From an uncultured Alphaproteobacteria bacterium (GTDB lineage Bacteria > Pseudomonadota > Alphaproteobacteria > HIMB59 > GCA-002718135), in contig CACMQB010000002.1 in NCBI GenBank assembly GCA_902615745.1, forward strand, positions 151,936 to 215,935: 64,000 nucleotides of DNA. Direction: 5' to 3'. The notes under the pieces were generated by a model that was given only the letters and a program-made list of their open reading frames with translations, made no database searches and was not told the origin of the DNA. Position 1 is the first letter of the stretch. The number at the start of each line of letters is the position of its first letter. A program made the translations under genes and the position numbers. Shown piece after piece: positions 48,714-57,771 of the stretch.

Positions 48714-49637
48714 ATGAATAACAAAAAATATAAATTTTATGGAATGTGGCCAGTGGCTCCAACGCCATTTCATGAAAATGGTGAAGTTGATTACGAGGGT
48801 ATGGAAAGAGTATTGGATTGTATGGTGGATCAAAAAGTTCAAGGAATATGCATTCTTGCAAATTATTCTGAACAATTTTTACTTTCTGATGATGAAAGAG
48901 AAAAATTAACAAAACTCTGTATGAAAAAAATTGATGGAAGAGTTAAAACAATAGTTACAGTTAGTCATTTTGCTACTGATATTGTACGACCTAGAGCAGA
49001 ATTAGCAAAATCACTTGATGTAGATATTATTATGATGATGCCTCCTTATCATGGTGCATTGTTAAAGGGTAATCCAGATCAAATATTTGAGCAATTTAAT
49101 GAAATTTCAAAAGTTGGTATACCAATTATGATTCAAGATGCACCTTTATCGGGTATTGAACTTTCAGTTTCCTTACTGACAAAGATGATAAATGAGATTG
49201 AGAATTTAACCTGCTTTAAAATTGAAAGTGCTAACGCTGCTTCAAAAATAAGAGCGCTTATTAAAAATTGTAGTGAAAGACTAGATGCACCTTTTGATGG
49301 GGAAGAAAGTATCACTTTGTATGCAGATTTAGAAGCTGGAATTTCTGGTAGTATGAGTTCAGCCTTGCTTCCCGAAAAAATTGCTCCAGTAATTGATCAT
49401 TTTTGGAATAATGAAAAAGATAAAGCTGAAGAAATATATAATAATATTCTACCTTTAATAAATTTTGAAAATAGACAATGTGGTTTCAGAGCTACTAAAA
49501 CAGTAATGAAAGAGGGTGGTGTAATAAAATCAGATTTTTGTAGAGATCCTATTCAGCCGTTAGATTTAGATACAAAAAATTTATTACTCAATTTTGCAAA
49601 AAGATATGATTTACTTACTTACAATTGGGGTAAATAA
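48714..49637 (+). CDS. DHDPS/NAL-family (class I aldolase-like) enzyme
   Basis: PTPFHENGEVDYEGMERV N-terminus and Schiff-base lysine context CFKIES. 307 aa. Confidence 0.7.
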   Translation: MNNKKYKFYGMWPVAPTPFHENGEVDYEGMERVLDCMVDQKVQGICILANYSEQFLLSDDEREKLTKLCMKKIDGRVKTIVTVSHFATDIVRPRAELAKSLDVDIIMMMPPYHGALLKGNPDQIFEQFNEISKVGIPIMIQDAPLSGIELSVSLLTKMINEIENLTCFKIESANAASKIRALIKNCSERLDAPFDGEESITLYADLEAGISGSMSSALLPEKIAPVIDHFWNNEKDKAEEIYNNILPLINFENRQCGFRATKTVMKEGGVIKSDFCRDPIQPLDLDTKNLLLNFAKRYDLLTYNWGK

Positions 49638-49681
49638 TAAAATTTAATTGACAAATATTATTTAAAAATTACTTATAAGTT

Positions 49682-50200
49682 ATGCGTAGAGTTTTTGAAG
49701 GATTACTTGAAAGAGCCATGTTTTCTAGTAGATGGGCATTAGCTCCTGTTTACGTTGCTCTATGTCTTACTCTACTAGTTATTACATACAAAGTTATTGC
49801 ATTATTCATTTATGAAATCACACACTTAAATGAATTAACGTTAAATGAACTCCTTGTATTTGTATTACACATTGTTGACTTAGCTCTTGTAGGAAATTTA
49901 GTTTTAATGGTGATATTTGCAGGATATGAAAATTTTGTTTCAAAAATTGATATCGCAAATCAGTCTGAAGATAAACCAGAGTGGATGGGTAAACTAGATT
50001 TTTCAGGTTTAAAATTAAAACTTATTGCCTCAATTGTTGCTATCTCAAGTATCGGTTTGCTAGAAGCTTTTATTGATGTTGGATCAAAAACATCAGAAGA
50101 AATATACTTAATGATATTTATTCATGCTGTATTTATTTTATCAGGATTAGTTATAGCAATAATGGATTATATTAGCGGAATTACTAAACATCACCCATAA
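49682..50200 (+). CDS. UPF0114 (YqhA) family membrane protein
   Basis: MRRVFEGLLERAMFSSRWALAPVYVAL is the typical YqhA N-terminus. 172 aa. Confidence 0.7.
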   Translation: MRRVFEGLLERAMFSSRWALAPVYVALCLTLLVITYKVIALFIYEITHLNELTLNELLVFVLHIVDLALVGNLVLMVIFAGYENFVSKIDIANQSEDKPEWMGKLDFSGLKLKLIASIVAISSIGLLEAFIDVGSKTSEEIYLMIFIHAVFILSGLVIAIMDYISGITKHHP

Positions 50201-50211
50201 TTAAATAAAAA

Positions 50212-51498
50212 ATGAAACTTGATAAGTTTTTTGATGAAAAAACTGTCATAGATTTAAGTTTTTTTAATTTCTCTAATGCTGTCACAGCAGCTTATTTTGC
50301 CAACCGTAACTTAGAAGTTTTGCGAGTAAATAAAAATTTTAAAAAATTTTTTCCAATCCTTAAAACTGTCAATAATATTCCCTTTACCAGTATTTTAGAA
50401 CAGCTTGGAGTTGGTGATGAATATATTAAAAATTTTAAACAAAATTTAGAAAAAAATGGTTTTGTTATTATTCCTAAAATAGAAATCAAAATTGGTGATG
50501 AAATTAAAGTATATTCTTTACTTTCTGCTTATACTGAAAATAAAGATTTCCCTTTTTTAAATGGTATTCAAGGACAATTTGTTGATCGAACAGATGAATA
50601 TAATCTTCGAAGGGAGAAGGAAGAATTACTTGATCAAAAATTAAAAGATAGAGAATTGATTGAAGAAAAAACGAAAAGATTAGAAAATATTGCTAATAGG
50701 TTATCAAAATATCTTTCACCTCAAGTATATAAGTCTATTTTTGATGAAGAAGAGTCAGGGAAAAAAACAAAAGAAAGCTACGTAAGAAAAAATTTAACAA
50801 TTTTTTTCTCTGATATTGTAAATTTTACTGATTTATCTGATGCCTTAGAAGCAGAAAAACTTGCTCTAATCTTAAATAATTATCTAAGTGAAATGAGTTT
50901 AATTGCAATAAATTCAAATGCTACAATTGATAAATTTATTGGAGATGCAATTCTTTCCTTTCATGGAGCTCCTGAAACACTAGGAGATGAGAATGATGCT
51001 ATTAATTGTATAAGCATGGCTTTAGAAATGAAAGAACGAGTTAAAGAGCTGCAATCTTTCTGGATCAGACAGGGTGTTAAAGGTGGATTAAAGGTAAGAT
51101 ATGGAATTTCTTCAGGTTTTGCAAATGTTGGAGATTTTGGATCTAGCGTAATGAGTGATTATACAGCAATAGGTTCTTCTGTAAATTTAGCTTCTAGATT
51201 ACAATCCATTGCTCTTGAAAATGAAATTATTATTTCTGATACAACATATAATTTAGTTAAAAATCAAATAAACTGCGAAGAGTATGAAGAAATAACTCCT
51301 AAAGGTTTTGTAAGACCTGTTAAAACTTACAAGGTAATTGATTTTAAAAATAAGAAAAATAGCAAAACAAAAAAATCATATTCGAAAAAAGGTAACCACG
51401 TGGATATTCAAATATTTGATAGTTCTGATATGAAAGCTGCAATAAAAGAATTGAAAAAATTACAAGAAGATTTTAGTAAAGAAATTGACGAAGAGTAG
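50212..51498 (+). CDS. class III adenylate/guanylate cyclase with N-terminal PAS-like sensor and coiled coil
   Basis: Cyclase homology domain LTIFFSDIVNFTDLS...KFIGDAILSFHGAPE...GISSGFANVGDFGS. The N-terminal ~130 aa ends in a PAS-like GIQGQFVDRTDE. Confidence 0.85.
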   Translation: MKLDKFFDEKTVIDLSFFNFSNAVTAAYFANRNLEVLRVNKNFKKFFPILKTVNNIPFTSILEQLGVGDEYIKNFKQNLEKNGFVIIPKIEIKIGDEIKVYSLLSAYTENKDFPFLNGIQGQFVDRTDEYNLRREKEELLDQKLKDRELIEEKTKRLENIANRLSKYLSPQVYKSIFDEEESGKKTKESYVRKNLTIFFSDIVNFTDLSDALEAEKLALILNNYLSEMSLIAINSNATIDKFIGDAILSFHGAPETLGDENDAINCISMALEMKERVKELQSFWIRQGVKGGLKVRYGISSGFANVGDFGSSVMSDYTAIGSSVNLASRLQSIALENEIIISDTTYNLVKNQINCEEYEEITPKGFVRPVKTYKVIDFKNKKNSKTKKSYSKKGNHVDIQIFDSSDMKAAIKELKKLQEDFSKEIDEE

Positions 51499-51508
51499 GG
51501 GATTTATT

Positions 51509-53179
51509 CTATTTTAAAAAATTTATTATTGCATTCTTAATATCATTAACAAGATTTTTATTTTCATCTTTGGTTAATTGACTTTCATTTTTTTTCTTAT
51601 CAAGTTTTAATTTTCTTTGTGCTAAAATATTTGCAACATAATCATACACATTAGGGTTTTTAGAAAATATATCTTTTATTATATCCTTGCTTACTTTTAT
51701 AACTATGCAAGGAGTTTCAGCTATAACATTAGCAGATCTTGGTTCACCAGTTAGAAGACTTCCTTCACCAACAAAGTCCCCAACACCAAGTTTAGCTAAA
51801 AATACTTTATCTTTATTTTCATTATCTAAATAAACAGATACTACCCCGTCATTTATAACGTATAGAGAATCACCAGAATCATTTTGTTTAATAATGTAAT
51901 CGTCTTTTTCAAAATGGAGTCTTTCTGCATTTTCAGCAATCTCATCTAAATCTTCAGAATTTAATGACATAAAAATAGGAATTTTTTGGAGTAGGACCCT
52001 ATTTTTTACTGACTCATTATAAGGATTAAATTCACTAACCTGTCTTTTTTCAAAATCCTCTCGACTTCTGTGCGTGTCAAGAGCATGTAGCCCTGTATCT
52101 TCTTCAAGTTTTCCATAAAGTTTTCCAGCAGACATTTGAACACCTGCATGTCTTAAAGTTTTATGTATTTCCATCATCACACTATCTTGCATCGAATTTT
52201 TTAAAATCCTTTTTGTGCAATCAAAAGCAACTACAAATTCTAATCCAAACTCATTAGCACCTATAAAACGAACCCACTGTAAATTTAATTGCTCTCTACC
52301 ATCAACCGGTTTCGCTTTTTTAAGAGCATTATAGAGTAACTTAGAGATATTTTCTGGGTCATGAGATGGATGAAAATATAATTTATTAAAAATATGAAAT
52401 CCTTCACTCATTTTTTCTTTATCTTGTTTGCTCCAATTAGTTAAAATTGAATCTGCAACGATTTCATTTGGAATGATTACTTCGGTATTTTGAAATGTCC
52501 TTATTCTTGTACTTCTCCAGGTAATGTTTTCTACATAACCTGTTTTATCATCAACCGTAATCCAGTCATTTATTGCAAATGGTCTTTCAATATTTACAAA
52601 AATTCCTTTAATTAAATCTGATAAACTTGACTGCAGGGAAAGAGCAATGGCAGCAAAAACTATACCACCTGCAGCAAGAATACTTGTAAGTTCTAAATTA
52701 AAAACAAAGGATAAAACTAAAAATGCAGGTATCGCAAATAATAAAAACTGAAAAAGAAATGTTATTATCTCAGGTATTGTTGTTCCTGATTTATCATTTA
52801 GTGATAATACTTCGTATTTATAAAACATCATTATGAATATTGATGGAATAAAATATAAAGTTATCAGTAAGATTTTATCTGTAACGTTACTTATAGTTTC
52901 ATTAATAAACAAAAATTCTTTTTGAATAACTATATCATAGGAAAAATTTACCATTAGATATGATAAAATGGGAAGTATAATGATAGTAAATAGTACTCGT
53001 GTAAATTTCTTTAATTTGTTAAGCTGTATTACGGAGCCAATAATAAATACAGAAATGAGTATATATAAAGAATTTAAAGTAACCGCATTATTATAAATTA
53101 ATAGAATAGATAAAATACATAACAAGCTTATTAAAATTATACTAATCTTAGACAGTAGGTAAAAAATGTTAATTTTCAT
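51509..53179 (-). CDS. MscS-family mechanosensitive-type channel with C-terminal cyclic-nucleotide-binding domain
   Basis: MscS beta-domain INDWITVDDKTGYVENITWRSTRIRTFQN. C-terminal cNMP domain GDFVGEGSLLTGEPRSANVIA. Confidence 0.85.
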   Translation of the reverse strand: MKINIFYLLSKISIILISLLCILSILLIYNNAVTLNSLYILISVFIIGSVIQLNKLKKFTRVLFTIIILPILSYLMVNFSYDIVIQKEFLFINETISNVTDKILLITLYFIPSIFIMMFYKYEVLSLNDKSGTTIPEIITFLFQFLLFAIPAFLVLSFVFNLELTSILAAGGIVFAAIALSLQSSLSDLIKGIFVNIERPFAINDWITVDDKTGYVENITWRSTRIRTFQNTEVIIPNEIVADSILTNWSKQDKEKMSEGFHIFNKLYFHPSHDPENISKLLYNALKKAKPVDGREQLNLQWVRFIGANEFGLEFVVAFDCTKRILKNSMQDSVMMEIHKTLRHAGVQMSAGKLYGKLEEDTGLHALDTHRSREDFEKRQVSEFNPYNESVKNRVLLQKIPIFMSLNSEDLDEIAENAERLHFEKDDYIIKQNDSGDSLYVINDGVVSVYLDNENKDKVFLAKLGVGDFVGEGSLLTGEPRSANVIAETPCIVIKVSKDIIKDIFSKNPNVYDYVANILAQRKLKLDKKKNESQLTKDENKNLVNDIKNAIINFLK

Positions 53180-53213
53180 TTTGTAATTTTTGCTATAAAG
53201 AATTTATATAAAA

Positions 53214-53954
53214 ATGAATTCATTTTCAAAGTATTTATTCGAACACTTACATTTTGGTTTAGAAGAGAAGGATTTTACATTAATTGAAAAAATTATATTC
53301 TTTCTTATTGTATTGAACTGTGTTTTTGTTGTTATTGAGTCAGAAAAATTGATTTATGAGCAATATTATCAACTCTTTGACTCAGCAAAACTTTTTTTTG
53401 GTATAGTATTTCTAATTGAGTATATTTGTAGATTAATTGCAGTAGATCAAATTGACAAATTTAAAGGTTTTAAAGGTAAGTTTAAGTATATTTTTACATT
53501 ACCTGCTCTAATTGATGCAATTGCACTTATCCCATTATTTTTAATAGGTATAAATGAAGGTTTTTTAGTAAGATTATTAAGAGCTATAAGAATATTTAGT
53601 ATTTTAAGATTTGGACGTTTTAGTGAGTCAGTAGATTTTATACTTCATGCAATATATGACAGGAGACACGAATTAATTTTTTCATTACTACTTACTCTAA
53701 GTTTGATGTTATTGTCTGCTACTTTACTTTATGTTGTAGAGGGAGATTTGCAACCTGAAGCTTTTGGATCAATCCCAAGAGCTTTATGGGTAAGTTCTGC
53801 AGCCTTACTATCAACAGGTTATGGTGATTATACACCTATTACATTTTTAGGTAGATTTGCAGCAGTATGCACTGCATTGTTTGGAATTGGAGCAGTTGCT
53901 TTACCAGCTGGTATATTAGCAAGTGCTTTTACAGATAGAAAAAATAAAGATTAA
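53214..53954 (+). CDS. minimal 6-TM voltage-gated-type potassium channel
   Basis: S4-like LVRLLRAIRIFSILRFGRF and selectivity filter STGYGD. 246 aa with no cytoplasmic domain. Confidence 0.85.
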   Translation: MNSFSKYLFEHLHFGLEEKDFTLIEKIIFFLIVLNCVFVVIESEKLIYEQYYQLFDSAKLFFGIVFLIEYICRLIAVDQIDKFKGFKGKFKYIFTLPALIDAIALIPLFLIGINEGFLVRLLRAIRIFSILRFGRFSESVDFILHAIYDRRHELIFSLLLTLSLMLLSATLLYVVEGDLQPEAFGSIPRALWVSSAALLSTGYGDYTPITFLGRFAAVCTALFGIGAVALPAGILASAFTDRKNKD

Positions 53955-55765
53955 TTAATAACCTGATTTGTAAAATTTTCTAAATTTTTATTCATTTCTT
54001 CATCTGGTAGATGAAAACTTTTAATTGTCTCTTTCCAATCTAGTTTTGAATAGTCATCATATTTGTTAACAAAATATTCATTTTCTTTTAAATTAATTTC
54101 ATTATCTTTTTCTTTCAATGAAAATAAGAGAAATACCCAAGATCGTGGTTCCAACTCTTTAATTTTTTGAGCTTGAGTTATACAAACATCATAATCCTTT
54201 TTACAAAAATAACCTAAGACAAGATCTCTATATCTGTTATCTGATGTTTTTTGACCGGCAGGTATAGGATCTAATTCAAGTGCTTTATGAAGTAATTCTA
54301 ATCCTTGATCAATTTTTTTATTTCTTACTAATATTTCACCGTAAACTGCAAGTACTCTTGGATCATTTGGATTCATAGAGTAGGCAATCTTTCCGTGTTC
54401 TTCTGATTCCTCATATTTTTTTTGCATTAAGGAAATAGCTGAGCTAATTCTTCTTACTTCATAATCGTTCTCATCATGCTCTAAACTTTTCTCAATATGA
54501 TGAAAAATCATTTTCATCATTTTATCATTATCTTCATAATATTGTTTACCTAGGCCACCACCAATTGTACAAGCTTTAAGGGAGTGTGCTCTTGCATTTG
54601 TTTCATCTTGTTCGATAGCTTTATCAAAGTGAAATAAAGCCTTATCATTATGTTCTTTTGCTGATGATTGTCTAAGCCAATGATATCTTCCAATAACTAA
54701 ATTTTCATATGAATTTAAATTATCAGTAGGTTTTCTTTTTATATTTTGTAAATTTGTAAGTTCTATATTACCTAATAATTCTTTTGATATCTTTTGTACA
54801 ATTTCATCTTGAATATCAAAAATGTCTTCAAGAACTCTATCATATCGATCTCCCCATATAATGGAACCATCTTTTGCATTAGTTAAATCTACTGCTACTC
54901 TTAATCTATTACCAGCTGATCTAATATTTCCACCAACTAAAAAGTCTATTTTATGTTTTTTTGCAAATGTAAGTGCGTCTTCATTACTTTTATCATGATC
55001 GTCACATGTTTTTTTTGATACAACATCAAATTCTTTCATTCTGGAAAACTCTATAATTAAATCACCTGTAATAGCCTCTACCAAAAATTCACTATCATCA
55101 TTTTTACTCACATTCTTAAATGTAAGTATGGCTATTTTTGGTTGTGAAGAATTTCGTGAAATAGTTACATTATCATCTTTTTTATTATTTTCATCTTCAT
55201 TCTTTTCCTCATTTACTTCTTCAGAGAAAAAATCATCTTCATCAATTTTTAAACCTTTTACTTTGAAAACTTCGAACTCATCGCTTATATTTTTTAGTTT
55301 TCTTGTACCATCAGCTTCTATTGAATAATCAATTCTTTTATCAACTTGATCTTTGACAATTTTTGAAACAAGAATTTTACCTGGCTCACTTTGACTTTCT
55401 AGTCTTGCAGCAATATTGACTCCTGAGCCCATAATATTATTATTTTCTACAATCACATCATCAACATGAATACCAACTCTCCAGTTTAATTGTAACTTAG
55501 TTAAAGAATGTTCATTTCTTTCATATAATTTATCCTGGAATTCAATAGCAGCTTTTACGCACTGTACAGGACTTGGGAATTCAGCAACAACAGAGTCACC
55601 AGCAGTTGAAAAAATTTTACCACCAAATTTAGCTATAACTTCATCAATTATTTTTCTGCATTCGTTAAGGTTGGTGAGTGTAAGCTCTTCGCTCTCCTCC
55701 ATGTGTTTACTAAAATTTACACAGTCGGTAGCAAGAATGGTTGCTAATTTTCTTTCAGAATTCAT
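53951..55765 (-). CDS. class III adenylate/guanylate cyclase fused to TolB-N-like and TPR domains
   Basis: N-terminal LATILATDCVNFSKHME...STAGDSVVAEFPS...GSGVNIAARLES, then an acidic linker, then TPR-like repeats. Confidence 0.85.
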   Translation of the reverse strand: MNSERKLATILATDCVNFSKHMEESEELTLTNLNECRKIIDEVIAKFGGKIFSTAGDSVVAEFPSPVQCVKAAIEFQDKLYERNEHSLTKLQLNWRVGIHVDDVIVENNNIMGSGVNIAARLESQSEPGKILVSKIVKDQVDKRIDYSIEADGTRKLKNISDEFEVFKVKGLKIDEDDFFSEEVNEEKNEDENNKKDDNVTISRNSSQPKIAILTFKNVSKNDDSEFLVEAITGDLIIEFSRMKEFDVVSKKTCDDHDKSNEDALTFAKKHKIDFLVGGNIRSAGNRLRVAVDLTNAKDGSIIWGDRYDRVLEDIFDIQDEIVQKISKELLGNIELTNLQNIKRKPTDNLNSYENLVIGRYHWLRQSSAKEHNDKALFHFDKAIEQDETNARAHSLKACTIGGGLGKQYYEDNDKMMKMIFHHIEKSLEHDENDYEVRRISSAISLMQKKYEESEEHGKIAYSMNPNDPRVLAVYGEILVRNKKIDQGLELLHKALELDPIPAGQKTSDNRYRDLVLGYFCKKDYDVCITQAQKIKELEPRSWVFLLFSLKEKDNEINLKENEYFVNKYDDYSKLDWKETIKSFHLPDEEMNKNLENFTNQVIN

Positions 55766-55879
55766 ATGTTTTTTTTAACTAAATTTTTTTTAAAATACCA
55801 GCCAAATTTGGTAACTATTGTCACAGAATCTTAAAAAACAAATATATATATATTTAAACAATTTTTATAGGAGGCTTTT

Positions 55880-56296
55880 ATGGTTGAGAGTTTTAATGGA
55901 ATTTTTTATTTGATTTTATACATAATTAACATTGCGTTAGCTGGTTATTACTCATTTACATTTTTATTTAATAAAGAAAAAGAATTTGCAAAATATAACA
56001 CTGACTCAAGTGCTGCACCTGCAGCGAATTTTGGAATTTTTTGGGTTACTGCTTTTTTCTTTGTTGGTCTTTATATTTTATTTACTGGACCTGAAGGTAC
56101 TTGGCCTTTCTTTATAATTAACGTTATTGTCTTTGCAATGGCAACTGTCTACAATTTTTGTTTTCATTTTAAAATAGCTTTCCTATTCGGAAGAGATAAG
56201 GTTAATTCGACAATAGAACAGCCAATTGTATCAGCAGTAGTTCTAGTATTAAACTTAATTATAATTTATGGTTTATCTGATAAAATTTATCTATAA
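55880..56296 (+). CDS. 4-TM membrane protein, unknown function (paralogue A)
   Basis: RBS aggagg. MVESFNG... ends in YGLSDKIYL. Confidence 0.6.
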   Translation: MVESFNGIFYLILYIINIALAGYYSFTFLFNKEKEFAKYNTDSSAAPAANFGIFWVTAFFFVGLYILFTGPEGTWPFFIINVIVFAMATVYNFCFHFKIAFLFGRDKVNSTIEQPIVSAVVLVLNLIIIYGLSDKIYL

Positions 56297-56316
56297 TAAT
56301 TTTAAAAGGAGTAATT

Positions 56317-56727
56317 ATGGTTGAAAATTTTGGAGGTACTTTAAATCTAGTTTTATTTTTACTTAATTTATTAGGTATATCTTACTATGGTTTCCTAACT
56401 GTATTTTCACCAAATTCACTTGTTACAAGATATGATTTAGGAGAAAAAGCTTTGCCAATTGTAAGAATCATAGGGACATTTATTGTGCCAATAGTAATAA
56501 TTGGAATTTGGATATTATTTAGAGAAAATGGACCTCAATCTTGCTGGATATTTTTTGTAAACGGATTTTTACTTTCTTTTGCTCAAGTGATTTTAAGTTG
56601 GGCCCAAAGATTAAAATTTATAGACCCGGATGCAAAAAGTGATGTCGCTGATGAAGTAATAGGGCATGTATTTTTATTTGTATCAATATATCTTATTTAT
56701 AATATGTCAGATATAATTTATATGTAA
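56317..56727 (+). CDS. 4-TM membrane protein, unknown function (paralogue B)
   Basis: RBS aaggag. MVENFGG... ends in YNMSDIIYM. Same length and topology as paralogue A. Confidence 0.6.
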   Translation: MVENFGGTLNLVLFLLNLLGISYYGFLTVFSPNSLVTRYDLGEKALPIVRIIGTFIVPIVIIGIWILFRENGPQSCWIFFVNGFLLSFAQVILSWAQRLKFIDPDAKSDVADEVIGHVFLFVSIYLIYNMSDIIYM

Positions 56728-56729
56728 CT

Positions 56730-56757
56730 AAAAGCTGGGATTCAATTCCCAGCTTTT
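56730..56757. terminator. bidirectional intrinsic terminator between convergent genes
   Basis: aaaagctggga-ttcaat-tcccagctttt: perfect 11-bp stem with A/T runs on both sides. Confidence 0.7.
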
Positions 56758-56758
56758 A

Positions 56759-57298
56759 TCAATTTAAAGAAAATTCTTTTACTTTATTAAATGCAAAATG
56801 ATCCGCAGCATGTTTTTTTGCATATAAAACTTCTTCCACAATACCTTCTTCATTAATCATTATATCTGTTACTGCAGTATTAAAATATCCTCCAAGAGGA
56901 ATGGGCATGAAACCTCTTATTAAGGCCGGAAAGATAGAGAATGTTTTATAAATTCCTGCCAAAAATAACTTAAACCAACTTCGCTCTATTGAATATTTTT
57001 GAAAATATTTAAATTCTTCATCTGCTAAAACTGTAAATGGAATGGGGCCGTGCTTCTTCATATTGGATTTCAAAAGATTAACATTTGAATGAAAAATTCC
57101 TACGTGGGTGAAATTTGGACCAAATTCATTAAATCTTTTATTAAACTCAAGTAGTCTTAAATTACAAAAAGTGCATCCAGCAACTCTATAAAAAGTCAAT
57201 AAAACTTTTTTGCCTTTAGTATCTGATAAATTAAATTGATTACCATCATGTCGGGGTAGGGTAATTTCTTCTAATTTATCTCCTTTTTTTATTTTCAT
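56759..57298 (-). CDS. peroxiredoxin-like / AhpC-TSA (redoxin) family protein
   Basis: Thioredoxin-fold pattern KKVLLTFYRVAGCTFCNLRL (CxxC). 179 aa. Confidence 0.65.
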   Translation of the reverse strand: MKIKKGDKLEEITLPRHDGNQFNLSDTKGKKVLLTFYRVAGCTFCNLRLLEFNKRFNEFGPNFTHVGIFHSNVNLLKSNMKKHGPIPFTVLADEEFKYFQKYSIERSWFKLFLAGIYKTFSIFPALIRGFMPIPLGGYFNTAVTDIMINEEGIVEEVLYAKKHAADHFAFNKVKEFSLN

Positions 57299-57344
57299 AC
57301 ATAATCATAATACTATAAAAATAGTAAGTTAATATTAAATTTTA

Positions 57345-57770
57345 ATGACAATAATAATTATACTAAAGTTCATACATTATCTTGCAATAGTTTTTTCAGG
57401 CGGTGTTTTGGTTGGCGGTGGCGTAATACAGTCTGTTTATGCTAAAGCAAATCAAATTCCTGATTTAAATACAGCAAAGATATTAAAATTACTTGGTTAC
57501 ATAGGTTTGATATCTCTTATTATCTTATGGATATCAGGAATTATTCTTTCAATTAATTTATATGGAGGCTTTATTATTAATAGTGCATTTACAATCAAAT
57601 TAATTGCTGCAGGTTTTCTTTTAGGCCTATCTGCTTATGTAAATTTTCACGTTTTTAATTGCTCTAAAAATAATTTACCACCTAACAAATCTATAATGAA
57701 AATAGCTACAATGAGTGGAAGAGGGCTGTTAGTAATAGTTTTAATTGCAGCAGCAATTGCATTTTATTAA
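57345..57770 (+). CDS. 4-TM membrane protein, unknown function
   Basis: 141 aa and hydrophobic throughout. No motif recognised. Confidence 0.5.
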   Translation: MTIIIILKFIHYLAIVFSGGVLVGGGVIQSVYAKANQIPDLNTAKILKLLGYIGLISLIILWISGIILSINLYGGFIINSAFTIKLIAAGFLLGLSAYVNFHVFNCSKNNLPPNKSIMKIATMSGRGLLVIVLIAAAIAFY

Positions 57771-57771
57771 T

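Noticed and set aside
48684-48912. Two overlapping minus-strand ORFs (63 and 74 aa) spanning the GH2 / DHDPS-family junction
   Set aside because: They are antisense to the well-supported start of the DHDPS-family gene. They occupy two different frames of the same stretch, which is typical of noise.
56739-56757. gggattcaattccc resembles a tRNA T-arm (GGTTCGAATCC-like), which raised the possibility of a tRNA or tRNA-fragment attachment site
   Set aside because: There is no acceptor, D or anticodon arm upstream. The segment is fully explained as the loop and 3' arm of an 11-bp terminator hairpin. I kept only the direct-repeat observation.
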